Of a DNA stretch of 64,000 nt, positions 13,965-26,347 are shown one piece after another. Numbering within the stretch: position 1 is the first letter of the stretch; every line of letters starts with the position of its first letter. This stretch comes from Octopus sinensis (Eukaryota). The translations under genes were made by a program, and so were the position numbers. Location of the stretch: NCBI RefSeq assembly GCF_006345805.1, contig NC_042998.1, positions 113,646,001 through 113,710,000 on the forward strand. The letters are read 5' to 3'. Under the pieces are notes generated by a model. That model searched no databases and was not told the origin of the DNA. It worked only from the letters and a program-made list of their open reading frames with translations.

Positions 13965-14150
13965 AACCCTAGGTCAGTCACATAATAAAAGAACACTCCA
14001 GCCATAGCCATCTAGTCTTCTTTTAAGATTTAGTGAATCTTGGACATTATCTAATGTTTCATTTCTCTTTTAAAATAGTATGATTTGAGGGACATTTAGC
14101 TAATATCTCTTGCAACTCGAGTGACCACATAGGAATTATTTTATTAGCTC
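13965..14150 (+). repeat. Old dispersed repeat family D (also 14395-14505+15316-15345, 20710-20895, 23695-23775, 7520-7575; minus: 3615-3690, 17170-17235, 20373-20430)
   Basis: Shared motif resembling TGATTTGAGGGAGATTTGGCTGCTATTTCTAGCAGG in all copies. Class not determined. Confidence 0.65.
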
Positions 14151-14505
14151 GTGAAGCTATCATTGAATTGTATTACCATTGAAGAAGAGTTAAAACAACG
14201 AAGGAAAGAAAAATGGAATACTACAAACTCTGAATAACACAATACTGAAATGCTTCAGTGATAACTATTGTTCTTATCAGAAGTAGAAAGCAATTCTCAG
14301 GTTATATGTAGAGAAAGCTGAAGTGGTGAAGTGTTTTTAATGCACTTATTGACTGGGTGTTGATTTTCAGTTCAATTTCTTAGCAGATGCATTCCCCTTG
14401 GTCAGACAACTCACAATCAAGGGTATTCTAGCAATAATCATGCCTTCTTTTTTTGTATACATAGTAGACTCTGAACAGTAAAGTATGATTTGAAGTAGAC
14501 TTGAC

Positions 14506-15307
14506 GGATCTTTTCACTTTGACCGGCAGATTTTTAAAATAATTTCTTTGTAACTAAACACTTTTAAACTTCGTATACTGGAAGAATGTGCCACATAAAA
14601 CATCGTTTTCTCTTGGCGTTCTTGAGAAAATTATGTAGTTTGTAAGCTATTTCTTGTTTAATTTTTTGTATTTCGGTAATTTCAACCAATCAATGACGTC
14701 TATTGAGGTGAAAACAATTACTGCTGTTGCTTGTTAATAAATTCAACAACTTCCGACGGTGTCTATTTCGAGATCGATACTAGGGTCATAATTATGGGTG
14801 GACACTAAATGAGGGAACGGTTTTGTTATCTACCTCTGTTTACGAGTGACCCCTCAGTTTATGGCCACAGACTGTTTATATTTGCAGCTTATTTACATTT
14901 CTGAAGAAAAAAGATACCCTTCCCCCCATCCCTAACCCTAACCCTAACCCTAACCCCTAACCCTAATCCTAACCCTAACCCCACATATATCAAAAAATAA
15001 AAATTTTACGGAAAGTGACGATCTTCTTCAAATGTAAATAAATACACGTACCCCCAGAAGTTGTTGTTGAATTTGTTGGCAAGCAACAGCAGTAATTGTA
15101 TTCACCTCAATAGATGTCAGTGATTTGTTGAAATTGCCGAAATACAAGAAATTAAACAAGAAATAGCTTACAAACTACATAATTTTCTCAAGAACGCCAA
15201 GAGAAAAAGATGTTTTATGCGACACATTCTACCAATATACAAAGTTTAAAATTGTTTAGTTACAAAGAAATTATTTAAAAAATCTGCCGGTTAAAGTGAA
15301 AAGATCC
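14506..15307. mobile_element. Non-autonomous long-TIR DNA transposon (Merlin-like) with internal telomeric repeats
   Basis: TIRs of ~250 bp (GGATCTTTTCACTTT.. / ..AAAGTGAAAAGATCC). Perfect 8-bp TSD GACTTGAC (14498-14505, 15308-15315). Splits a family D repeat. Confidence 0.9.
14930..14981 (-). repeat. Interstitial telomeric repeat (TTAGGG)~8
   Basis: CCCTAACCCTAA.. with two variant units. Confidence 0.95.
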
Positions 15308-16566
15308 GACTTGACTGCTATCACTTGTAGATCGCGTAGAAGCTCTTTTGTTTAAGGCTTATAACTTGTACATAGCTCAGTTGACTCAACTGTCAGGAAT
15401 ATTTACTGTATTTGGGAATGTTACCAGAAACAGAATAGCGTCTAAAGCAGATTTATCCCTCATTTACCCAACACCAAGTACTAGACTTATGTTCCTATGT
15501 TGAGTAGGGGAAATAATGACATGTACCACTATTCCATCAAAGTTTTAGAAGGGTGATGTATGTGCTAGAGATACAGGTCTGAATGCCGTGTTGAGTTACC
15601 TCCCTTTATATTTTAGGTTTTAATTGGACAAGAAATAGCTTTACATACCATGTTTGGGAATCGATAAAATATACAGTCCTTCTGAACTAGAGTTATTTTA
15701 ATTGACTATAGACTATTCTCTCGAAATTTCTGGTTTAGTTGTTAGTGTAAGAAGTCAATATACATAGCGGGGCATCTCAGGCTGAACTCGAACCTAACAT
15801 CTTAATCTATCAAATCAAGTACAATACCACGGACCTTTATCCACTTACTTTCGTTTAGTTTAAATAAATCTCCATTACAAACTGTTGTTCTTACATCAAA
15901 CATTCATTGTTTAACGTATTTTAGTTCATTTACTCGGGGTCATTAACGTAACAATTTTAATGGCTATCTGTCTGTCTCTGTCTCTCTTTCTCTCTTTCTA
16001 TCTCAGTATAGTTCATTTACTCGGGGTGGAAGTGGGTGTCACTAAATTAACCTTTCTAACAGCATAGGTTCAGATGGTATTTAATTACATAGCTTCAGGT
16101 CAGTCACTTACAGCCTCGTCGCTACACACCCAACTGATTAAACATTAACAACATCCACTCCAATGTAACTTTTAACTACTGTGATAAGGATTTACAAGAT
16201 GTTACAGCAGCATTTAGAAACATGATAATTAGCCGCTCACTTGTTGCTGTTGGCTTACTTATTACTACGTGTCAACTCTTAAGATTGGCTTGTAACGACT
16301 TACGACTTAGCATTAAGCTTAACACTTGTCAGCGGCTAAAGCAAAGCATAGCAAATAGAAACAAAAATGGAAAGAAAAAATAACGAAACAAAAAACTCTC
16401 TTTCGGGAGAATTAATCCAGCGATGCAGTCGATAATGTTCGTGGGAAGGATGATTATGTAAGGATTAATAAAAAAAAAATATTATTCAGCAGCAACTCAT
16501 TGGGGAACAAAAGAGATAACTGACCCTTACTTCGGAAAATGATTCTGATTAAGAAGATACTTGGCC

Positions 16567-16619
<53 letters not shown>

Positions 16620-19600
16620 CATTATTATTATTATTATTATTAGAGAAAGAAGACAAAAAAGATATGATTTATATGGCTTAATTAATTCACTTGAAACGCG
16701 TCATTATTTATCCTTTGTGCTGATTAATTTCGTCTAAGAGTGAGTCAAACCGATGTTTCCAATAATCTTTGATGCTTCTAAAGAAAGCATAGATTTAGCT
16801 GCTGGCTGCTGGCAATAACGATTATGAAAAGCTTTCGTTTCCCCTCAATCAACAACTGTCTCAAAGTGAATATTAATCTTTTATTCTAAACTACCGATGT
16901 CTGAGCACGAAACCAGGGACAATCTATTGAATATTCTGAGCAATCAGTTAGTTTTTCATCTCATTCAATGGCTTCTTCGCTATTACAAAAGACCAATTTT
17001 TAGAGAGGGAGTGAATGAGAGATGGGAAGAGGGAAACAGGGAGAAAGGGATACGTACACGCGTACACAAGAGAGAGGGAATAGATAGATAGATAGATAGA
17101 GAGACAGTATATTATATAGATAGATAGATAGATAGATAGAGAGACAGTATATTATTGGTATTTAGTCGAACCAATGAGGGAGACTTGAAGATTACTTGGC
17201 CAGTTTGAAATAGCAGCCATTTATCTCTCAAATCTTGGTTTAGTTGTTGCAGTATTACTCTCGAATCTGTGCACTTTGATTTTAAATCCCGACGACATCA
17301 AAATTGCCTTTAATTCTTTCGAAGTAGATATATAAAGTACCAGTTAAGCACTGGACATACATTTTTCTTCATACTATATATATATATAAGCAGTAAAATT
17401 CATTCTTCGTTCGATTTAGCACCACCAAATAGTAGCTCACTGCGCTGCTAGTATTTGAACCAGGTCTCCAGTTCTTCCTTCCCTTTTCTCAACTGCTTCG
17501 GGAGTTCTGCAAAAAGTAATGGAAAACTGCTTTACTTTGTAGTGGGAATTCGAGACCTAACCGCTATATACTCGGTCAGACACCACAAGTGAGCCATCAC
17601 AGTTTCACGTGATTGGTCTATAAATCGATCAATCAGCGCAAAACTGTGTCGTGATAGGTTTTTCTCGGATGTTCTAAAATTTAGCTTCTTATCCCCTATA
17701 AAAACCGTTTTTGGCACTTTACCCATTTCAGAGTGTTGTAGGCAGCTGACTGGCTCATGCACCCCCACTCTTGTCATGCAGATAGCCAACGGACCGCTGA
17801 TGCTATAAACCGCCTCGGAGACTTGCGCAGATGACTTCGTATATTTTTGGACTGACAACATGGTGTCACACAAATAGCTTTCTATATTTTCAGAGCAGCT
17901 TCCTCTCCTCTCATTTGGCAATTATGAATATTGTTCATTGAAATTCGCCAACACCAAATATTTTTATGTCTGGCATAAATATTGGAGTGAAATGTTCGTG
18001 AGTTTGCTTCAGTTATTATTCATGGAAGCAATGAAATATATTTTCATTGGCCAAATCTACTCAAGCGACAACAAAACATCCCGCAACAACTTCATCTAAC
18101 TAAACTACCAAAGCGTTAAGAAGCATGAAAATCTTGAGAGTGTGGGATAGAATGTACAGTGTTTTGTTAGTTTGTAAAATCAGAAGTCTAGTAGAGGTGC
18201 TTTTTAGGGTTCTGTTTTTTTCCTGTAATTTGAGATAAGTATATGGCTGAAACATCTTTAGAAAACAGTCACAGTTGGCTTACATGTATGTTATTTTCAT
18301 CTTTTTTCTTCGGACATATTGCCAACAAAACGTTTACTTTGCACAACCTTCTGGATGCGGCTCTCGTAGGCTTCTTTCGTTTGGTAACTGCTCATTTCTG
18401 AACTGCCAACTGGACCATACCATGCAGGTGACTTTGACGTATATCACTCCGCAGACAACTAGTAAAGTAGATCTCAGTGGAGTTTCAAAGCAAATTGTGA
18501 AAGGCCATAAACTAGTTACTACATGATATTCTGTCCAATGCTCAAGCAATTATTCTGCCATCGTTGTGCCATCGTATATGTTTATTTATGATCGCACGTT
18601 TATTAAACATTTAAAAATAACTGTGAATACATAAACATTTGCTTTAAGGAAACAACTCCGTTTCTGAGTATGATTTTTCACAGATCACGCTGGGAAGGCT
18701 TCCTATTTGTCTTCTCCAGGCAGACATGAAAATTATACTTTTGAAAAGAATGAGAAATAGAAATTTAGGCGGCAGGAACTACGTGTTTTGTTTTTAATGA
18801 CTTAAAGGAAGAAGAGCAACACCCATGACCTTAGAGATAGGTGGAAGGAAGAAAGTTATCTTCAGATCAGAAACCTGTCACGAATGTTTGGAACAGGTTG
18901 GAGTCCGTGAGAGCACCTAAAGACCAGGTAGTGTTGTTAAGCCGGGAGATGTGTGCTTAACCACACGAATTACCATCATTATCGATGGACAAGTCGGACA
19001 GCAAATAAGGTCATACATAGAGTTTACCGCGAGCTTACTCCTGCATTACAGGGCACATTGTATTGGTTTATTAGTCAGTGAGTGATAAGATCTCGCCTTT
19101 ATGGAGGATGAAAGCGGACTAGCAAAACGTTGCATCAATATCAAAGGAATTGCTAATGTTAAGTGAAGTGAAACAGATTCCATGTGAAAAATGAAATTCG
19201 ATCTCCACCTCGGTGTTTACTTGTAGTTTACCTTCGACTCTCCATCTCTTATTATATGTTTATTTGTACAGCTATAATTTCTATAACTTAAAAGATATAA
19301 ATGACGTAAGAAATGAAAAACTGTTTTCGTGACTATTGTTTTTTTGTGACAGTTTCTGTATAAAAAGTATTTATGTCTGTCGATTAATTCCGATTTCAAC
19401 ACTTGAAACTTCTATCAAAAATATATTACGCTAATCCATTAATGATCTCTGGGAATTTATATGATCAATATGACAAGATCAAGTAAAGTTAATCCGAGTT
19501 AATGGTTGTAAGGGAAGGAAATAGAGTGGATTAACAGAGATGTCAAGAGAACATATCTGAAATTAGAAGTTCTGAAGAGAAACACTTGCAGATTATAATA

Positions 19601-21146
19601 TGTAAAAATGAAATATGAAAAAAAAAATCCAACAAGACTCCATGATTAGCAAACGTTAAAAAATAAAAAAATAAAACAAAGAAAATGGAAGATTAGTTGA
19701 GGTAAAGATTTAACAAAAAGAAAAAAAATGATTAGGATAAATATCTTGAGCAGCCAGAGGGGTATTGATAAAGCGAAGTGCTTAGTTATGGATTCAGTAG
19801 CCTTTTGTGGATAAAAGATAAGTCTCATTAGATAGAATATCGGGTCTATCGCAGTTAATATTCTCAGAAGATTTGCTGCCTGAATGAATAACTTCCTGAA
19901 CTGAATGAAGGACGTATAATTAAGTAAATGGCTTGCACAGAGATAGAGATATTGATAGTAAGGAACGGCCTTCAGCGGTAGATATAGACCTCAAAACCTA
20001 TGAGGTGATAATCCAATACTCGAGCCATTCCATTACTCTGTCACTTTCCCTTTGCAAAAATTTATCAAGGTAAACTATAGAAACAAGAATCAAAACAAGA
20101 AAAAGCAAAATATCTGAGATAAGCTCAAATGTTACAACGAAACATCCATTTGGAAGAAAGGGTGTTGGTGGTGAGGTGAATGAGGGAGAAAAAGAGGAAG
20201 TGAGAAGAGAGGGTCAGAATTCAGGTAAATATACTTCAAATGCATAATGTGTTAGATCTTAAGATATATATTATGGCGATATTTGCTACGTGTTTGTAGC
20301 TTTAGTGGTTTCAACAACCCCACCTCTGCACTTATGTACATAGAATACACTCGAACATTTATGCAATTTTCAACCTGCTAGAAATAGCAGGCAAGTTCTT
20401 TCAGATCCGACTCTACCCCTACAATCTTAGAAGAGAAGAAATATTGGACAAACAGCGCAGTCATAAATATGCAAAACGGCCTAACAATATAAGTGAAAAG
20501 TCATATCTATCAACCCTGTTGTATGGATCTAAAGCATAGCCGTTATACTAGAAGCAGATAAAACCATTGGATTACTATTCAAAGGCATCATTTCTAATAT
20601 AATCAGTTATATTTTATTAACATTGATGACCGATTTTTTTGGTTGGTCTTTTCTCCCCACATCTTTATTTTATTTTGTGACAATTTTCTTTGCGTCGTTG
20701 TTGTTGCTTTTGTTCCAGGTCAGCTCTAATCGAGCAGACCTATCATCAATGGTTTTCCAGTTATGACCATTTCATCTTAGGAGAGGGTATGTAGGACCAA
20801 TTATCTAATATGTCCTGTCTTTATAATGAAGATCATTTGAGAAGATTTGGTATTTCTAAGTAGGTTGAGCAAAGACGTAAAGGCTTCCTCTTTAGATCGT
20901 TCGAGAGTTCGTTGTTGTTTAGTGTCAAATCGACCACGGTTATATCTTTTATCTTTTACTTGTTTCAGTCATTACACAGTGGCCATGCTGGAGCACCGTC
21001 TTGAACAATTTTAGTTGAACAAATCGACTCTAGTACTTCTTTTACACACACACACACAAACACAAGTACACATACACACATATATAGATATATACATTTA
21101 TAACAACAACAACAACAACAAAAACAACAATAACAACAACAACTAC

Positions 21147-21224
<78 letters not shown>

Positions 21225-21244
21225 GTCTTATCTTGTCGCTCATT

Positions 21245-21420
21245 GCTCGAAATAAGGAGTAGAAGAACAGCCGACAACTGATGGAGGGTAGTTTTTTATG
21301 TCACTTGTCTTGTTTTCTATTTGTTTCTCTCATTCATTGCGTACCCAACGTTATTTTCGTATTTCATGTTGTTTACGTCCTATAGCCATATATGCATACC
21401 TATATACATACATATGTATT
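21245..21420 (+). mobile_element. Penelope-type 3' terminal fragment (related to 48410-48540, 28831-29059, 57520-57793)
   Basis: Shared (G)CCGACAACTGATGGAGGG / GCGACTGAAGAAGGG motif followed by a T-rich tail. Confidence 0.5.
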
Positions 21421-21936
21421 AATAATATCAAAGGATAATCTGAAATATTAGAAATTTCCATTACCAGTGGCCTAGCGTGTAAAAATTTAGACAATAGACT
21501 ATATATTATTCATATACATACAGTGTACATTTAAACACATAAGAGGTATCCATCATAGGACTACCTGCATGCTGGAGAGGACAGTTAAATTCTAAACCAC
21601 TAATAAGGATAAAATTTCGAAGGGAATGAAAAATAAAAACATTCACCATCTAACTCCTGGACCAATGGTTTCAGACTTTTTTTTAGCAAATAAAATAATT
21701 TTCTAGGCGAAGCCTTCTTCAGCAGGTACACCTTAGATTAAATATATATACACGAGGCAATCCAGTATATACACCGTGCTTATACATTCTAATGTTTCAA
21801 ATCTACCGCGCAAGCACAGCTCATTGTCGGCAGTAAATAAATATGCCGGCTTTTTCATTTGGAAAATTACCCAAGAAAAAATCACCAATAATTAGTAATA
21901 TCAAAGGGTAATCTGAAATATTAGAAATTTCCAGTA
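21421..21936 (-). mobile_element. Hammerhead-bearing non-coding retroelement (retrozyme/pLTR-like) with ~473-bp terminal redundancy period
   Basis: TAATATCAAAGG(A/G)TAATCTGAAATATTAGAAATTTCCA occurs at 21423 and again at 21896. Body nearly identical to 25984-26290. Confidence 0.8.
21656..21726 (-). ncRNA. Type I hammerhead ribozyme, intact core
   Basis: CCTG-CTGAAGA-AGGCTT..AAGTCT-GAAAC-CATTG-GTC-CAGG: stem I CCTG/CAGG, 6-bp stem II, GUC cleavage triplet. Confidence 0.85.
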
Positions 21937-22106
21937 AAAGTTCTTACTTTGATTAGATTACCAGATTCATCCCTCAACTAAAAGTAACGTTTCAGTATAC
22001 ATACATGTGTATGTATATGTATGTGTGCATGTATATGTATGTGCGTATGTGTGTGTGTGTGTGTGCGTGTGTGTAATCTGAATTGAACTTGCTCCAAGGT
22101 CGACTC

Positions 22107-22271
22107 CAGTAAAGTAGCTAAGGTGTGGTGCACTGGAGGTGGCCCGCTTGTGCGGCACATTTATGAGGATGGCACTTTTGGATCTGCTGTGTAACCCTGT
22201 ATAGGGGTGGGAGCAGGAACGGAAATTTCAAGAAGTGCCCCGGCGCGGCATAAACCCAAGCCAAACCACTG
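22107..22271. mobile_element. hAT-type MITE inserted into an old family B SINE
   Basis: Ends CAGTAAAGTAGCTAAGG..CCCAAGCCAAACCACTG. TSD GTCGACTC/GTCGATTC (7/8 match). The flanks rejoin into SINE B sequence. Confidence 0.7.
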
Positions 22272-22444
22272 GTCGATTCTGTCACTGTTTTAGGTTCGAT
22301 AAACTAAGTACCTGTAATATGCTACAGACGATTACGCTAACTACAGCCAACACCCCCTCTTGTTCTAAGATAATCTTTCAATAGACCATACTTAATCCGT
22401 CACTCACCTTAAAACTCTTGTTTTAGGGTAGTAATCCCTTACAC

Positions 22445-22755
22445 CAGTGGTTCCCCAAATTTTTCGGGCGGCGGTGCCCTTGTCACCCAAACCACATTCC
22501 TAGCGCCCCCACCCCAAGTAACCATCACAAACATAGACCTCTTTCTGAAGCAAATTCGAAGAAACTGTATTTCACAAATAAAACTTAACCCAACGAACCC
22601 ATTATTCTGTTGTTTTTACATGAATCACTACCCCATTATCGCCCCACATTTTACATGAATCGCTACCCCATAATCTCCCAACTTTTCTTCAATTCCCCCT
22701 TGGAACTTTCCACCGCCCCCAGGGGGGAAAATACCACCTACTCTGGGAATCACTG
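22445..22755. mobile_element. hAT (Charlie-like) MITE
   Basis: TIR CAGTGGTTCCC../..GGGAATCACTG. Degenerate 8-bp TSD CCTTACAC/TCTTACAA. Confidence 0.75.
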
Positions 22756-22847
22756 TCTTACAAGGACCACCACCACCATGATAACAACAATCACCATGGA
22801 CTATACTACACGGCCACTGCTATTGTCTTCATCATCACTGCTATCTC

Positions 22848-23045
22848 TACCACCACCACCACCACCACCACCACCACCACCACCACCAACCACCACCACC
22901 ACCACCACCACCACCACCACCACCACCACCACCACCACCACCACCACCACCACCATCACCACCAATACCATAAACACCATCACCGACACCACCATCATCG
23001 TCACAAAAGTCACCACGATCACCATTTCTACCAGTCACCACTAAC
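22848..23045. repeat. (CAC)n microsatellite and decayed flanks
   Basis: Direct inspection. Confidence 0.95.
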
Positions 23046-23074
23046 CCCACCGCCACTGCATTATTACTACAACT

Positions 23075-23327
23075 GGAGGCACGTAGATTGGTGGTTAGGG
23101 TGTTCGTCTCATGATCGTAAGATTGTCGTTTCGATTCCTGGACCGGACGACGCGTTGTGTTCTTAAGCCAAACACTTCATTTCACGTTGCTCCAGTCCAC
23201 TCGGCCGGCAAAAATTAGTAATCCTGCGACGGACCGGCTTCCCGTCTAAGTGAGGAATATATATGCCGTGGAAACCGGGAAGCCGGACCTATGAGTTTAC
23301 ATGACTCGGGAAGGAACTTTACTTTAC
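23075..23327 (+). mobile_element. tRNA-derived SINE family C (V-domain-like); partial copies 32300-32445, 56993-57160, 62835-62956
   Basis: Head GGAGGCACGTAG..GTGGTTAGG..GTTTCGATTCC, body AATCCTGCGACGGAC..CCCGTC, tail (ACTTT)n. Confidence 0.75.
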
Positions 23328-23471
23328 TCCTTCTATGTCTACATCACTACTACCACCAACACAACTACAACCACACACAGGACTACCATATCCATCACCA
23401 TAACCACTACAATAATCACCACTAGAGGATATATAACCAAAGACGTTTCATATCATATATTATATCCTTAA

Positions 23472-23672
23472 GGCGGCGAGCTGGCAGAATCTTTAACACG
23501 CCGGGCGAAATGCTTAGCGGTATTTCGTCTGCCGCTACGTTCTGAGTTCAAATTCCGCCGAGGTCGACTTTGTCTTTCATCCTTTCGAGGTTGATAAATT
23601 AAGTACCAGTAAATCACTGGGGTCGATGCAATCGACTACTCCCCTCCTCTTGTGCCTTTAGTAGAAAATATT
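23472..23672 (+). mobile_element. SINE family B (Meta-domain-like)
   Basis: GGCGGCGAGCTGGCAGAA..GAGTTCAAATTCC (B-box-like)..CTTTCATCCTTTCGAGGTTGATAAATTAAGTACC. Confidence 0.88.
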
Positions 23673-24119
23673 ATTTATTATATCCTTATCTCTTCCAAGA
23701 CAGCAGTCTGTGAGTTGAAAGAGATTTTCGCCAGTATTTCTAGCAGGTCAAGCGACCCTACTACTGGCTTCTTTGCTCCATAGTTAATTGATTTGCCTTC
23801 CTGATCTCGTATGAATGAAGATATCTCTATCTTATCCACGTTTTTGCTTATTATCGGATATCACCATCTTCACAAATATTTCTACCTTCAAGGTAATTCT
23901 GCCAGGCTGTTGTCTATCCCCGTCGCCTTCACCTCTCTCTCTATCTATCTCTTTCTCTTTCTCCCCCTTTCTCTCCCTCCTTATGTCCGTTTCTGGACAA
24001 TGTCCTCTACATCACGTTAATTAAACTTTCTCTCCTCCACTTGTTCCCCTCTACACATGTCCTAATCATAAGATGCCGTTTGTGTCTTCACTTGATTACC
24101 TGCACGGCGTTTCAAAGCC

Positions 24120-24480
24120 AGACGACAGCAGCAGCAGCAGCAGTAGCAGCAGCAGCAACAGCAGCAGCAGTATTAGCAACTGTAGTAGTAGTAGTTAGTA
24201 GTAGTAGTAGTAGTAGCAGTAGTCAGAATAGGGAGAAGAATGGAAAACAAGAGGTGGGTGATGATGAAGAAGAAGAAGAAGAAGAAGAAGAAGAAGAAGA
24301 AGAAGAAGAAGAAGAAGAAGAAGAAGAATTTTTTCCTTTGTCGCCATGTCTGTTCTCGAGGCAAGGGACATCTGCGATGATGATGACGACATCGACGACA
24401 ACGACGACGACTATAAGACCACAATAGTTATAACAATAAACAGCGACGACGTAGACGAAGGCGTCAGTCACACCATCGAC
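24120..24480. repeat. Compound triplet repeats (GCA, GTA, GAA, GAC)
   Basis: Direct inspection. Confidence 0.9.
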
Positions 24481-24982
24481 CAGGAACGAAACTAATCATA
24501 ATAAAAGACAAGAATCCTCAAACGAAAAGCGAAATCATTATTTCTAAAGTTCTGACCAGCTCCCAGAGAATTGGGCAGCGTGTTTCTATAATAATCACCA
24601 AATCTATATATCAATACAATGGCATCTACCTTCCTTCTGTGTTACGATCCAAACTATGGAACTCGGTCGACGACATGTTTTATTAGAAATACATGATTTA
24701 TATTATTTATACTGTTCGTGATGTTGATAAATAAATATTTTAAATTAAATGTGATATGTATGTGGGTGTATGTATGTATGTATGTATGTATGTATGTATG
24801 TATGTATGTATGTATGTATGTATGTATGTATGTATGTATGTATGTATGTATGTATGTATGTATGTATCGATGTATGCATGTATGTATGTATGTATATATG
24901 TGTGTATGTATGTATGTATACATGTCTGTCTGTCTGTCTATGTATGTATGTATATATATGCTAATACACACACACACATACA

Positions 24983-25575
24983 TGTGGTAAGAAGCTTGCT
25001 TCCCAACCACATGGTTCCGGGTTCAGCCCCACTGCGTGGAACCGTTAGCAAGTCTGTTCTACTATAGCCTCGGACCGACAAAAGCTTTGTGAGTGGTGTC
25101 TGACATTTTGGTGTAATTTGAGAGGATAATACAAAAGTTAGGGATGATTTAGGGATTTACTGCAAAACCCATGTATTATCTTCTCAAATTACACCAAAAT
25201 CTAAGTCAATAACAATTAATGTCGTATTTATTGTCTGTGAAAATTATAGAACACAAAACAACTTTGATAAAAACATACCTACTTTTCTGGCGAAAACAAT
25301 GCCGTTCTGAACATTTTGGCCGCAACTGTATATATATATGTGTATGCGACGGGCTCCTTTCAGTTTCTAGTAAATTTCAACTCTATATATGTATATGCAT
25401 TTGTGTATTTGCCTTTGTCCTGATCACCATCGCTCGATAACCGATATTAGTGTGTTTACGTGCCCGTAACTTAGCCGTTCGGCAAAAGAGACCGATGGAA
25501 TAAGTACTAAGCTTACAAAGGCGGTGCTCCAGCATGGCTGCAATCAAAATGACTTAAACAAGTAAAAGAATAACA
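24983..25575 (+). mobile_element. Rearranged SINE family A containing a Tc1-like terminal fragment (25098-25328) and an inverted internal segment
   Basis: Head 24983-25097 is on +. TTTTGGCCGCAACTG-TA end at 25328. CGACGGGCTCCTTTCAGTTTC (25347-25367) is in opposite orientation. 3' body is on +. Confidence 0.7.
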
Positions 25576-25611
25576 ATATATGTATGTATGTATGTATATA
25601 TATATATATAT

Positions 25612-25679
<68 letters not shown>

Positions 25680-25684
<5 letters not shown>

Positions 25685-25802
25685 GGCGTAGCTGTGCAAG
25701 AAGCTAGGGAAACACATGGTTCTGGGTTCAGACTCATTACGAGGCACCTGGGTCAAGTCTCTTCTACTATAGCCTCGGGTTGACCAAAGCCTTGTGAGTG
25801 GC
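25680..25802 (+). mobile_element. SINE family A head
   Basis: CACATGGTTCTGGGTTCAG..TCTTCTACTATAGCCTCGGG..GCCTTGTGAGTGG. Confidence 0.85.
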
Positions 25803-25845
25803 TTACTTGGAAATGGATGCGTGGCGTTCGCTCAAATAATGATAT

Positions 25846-25934
<89 letters not shown>

Positions 25935-25983
25935 GCATATATACACACATATACGTACATATATACTATATGTGTATATAAAT

Positions 25984-26347
25984 ACAGTGTACATTTAAAC
26001 ACATAAGAGGTATCCAACATAGGACTACCTGCACGCTGGAGAGGACAGTTAAATTCCAAACCACTATTAAGGATAAAATTTCGAAGGGAATGAAAAATAA
26101 AAACATTCACCATCTAACTCCTGGACCAATGGTTTCAGACTTTTTTTTAGCAAATAAAATAATTTTCTAGGCGAAGCCTTCTTCAGCAGGTACACCTTAG
26201 ATTAAATATATATACACGAAACAATCCAGTATATGCACCGTGCTTACACATTCTAATGTTTCAAATCTACCTTGTCGGCAGTAAATAAATAAAATTTATT
26301 TGCTAAAACAAGTCTGAAACTATTGGTCAAGGAGTTAGATGGTAAAA
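25984..26347 (-). mobile_element. Second copy of the hammerhead element, with a head-to-head inverted partial copy (26295-26347, +)
   Basis: Near-identity to 21520-21842. The + strand TTATTTGCTAAAACAAGTCTGAAACTATTGGTCAAGGAGTTAGATGGT mirrors 26105-26160. Confidence 0.85.
26120..26190 (-). ncRNA. Type I hammerhead ribozyme, identical to 21656-21726
   Basis: Same 71 nt by eye. Confidence 0.85.

Noticed and set aside
14930-14981. Chromosome end or fusion scar
   Set aside because: Only ~8 units in one orientation, and they sit inside a TSD-bounded transposon.
15922-16027. 19-bp direct repeat TAGTTCATTTACTCGGGGT as a TSD
   Set aside because: The intervening sequence has no element hallmarks; more likely a small local duplication.
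17532-17921. 129-aa non-repetitive minus-strand ORF
   Set aside because: No recognisable motif, non-ATG start and no clear splice sites.
18780-20050. Possible ancient RTE/CR1 remnants (also 7900-8400 and 50930-51240)
   Set aside because: Only faint motif resemblance; cannot be supported without a profile search.
23075-23560. tRNA-like A/B boxes
   Set aside because: These are SINE heads continuing into SINE bodies; no complete cloverleaf was seen.
22610-24471. Poly-P/T/G/E/S ORFs resembling low-complexity proteins
   Set aside because: Pure triplet microsatellites with no flanking domain or convincing splice context.
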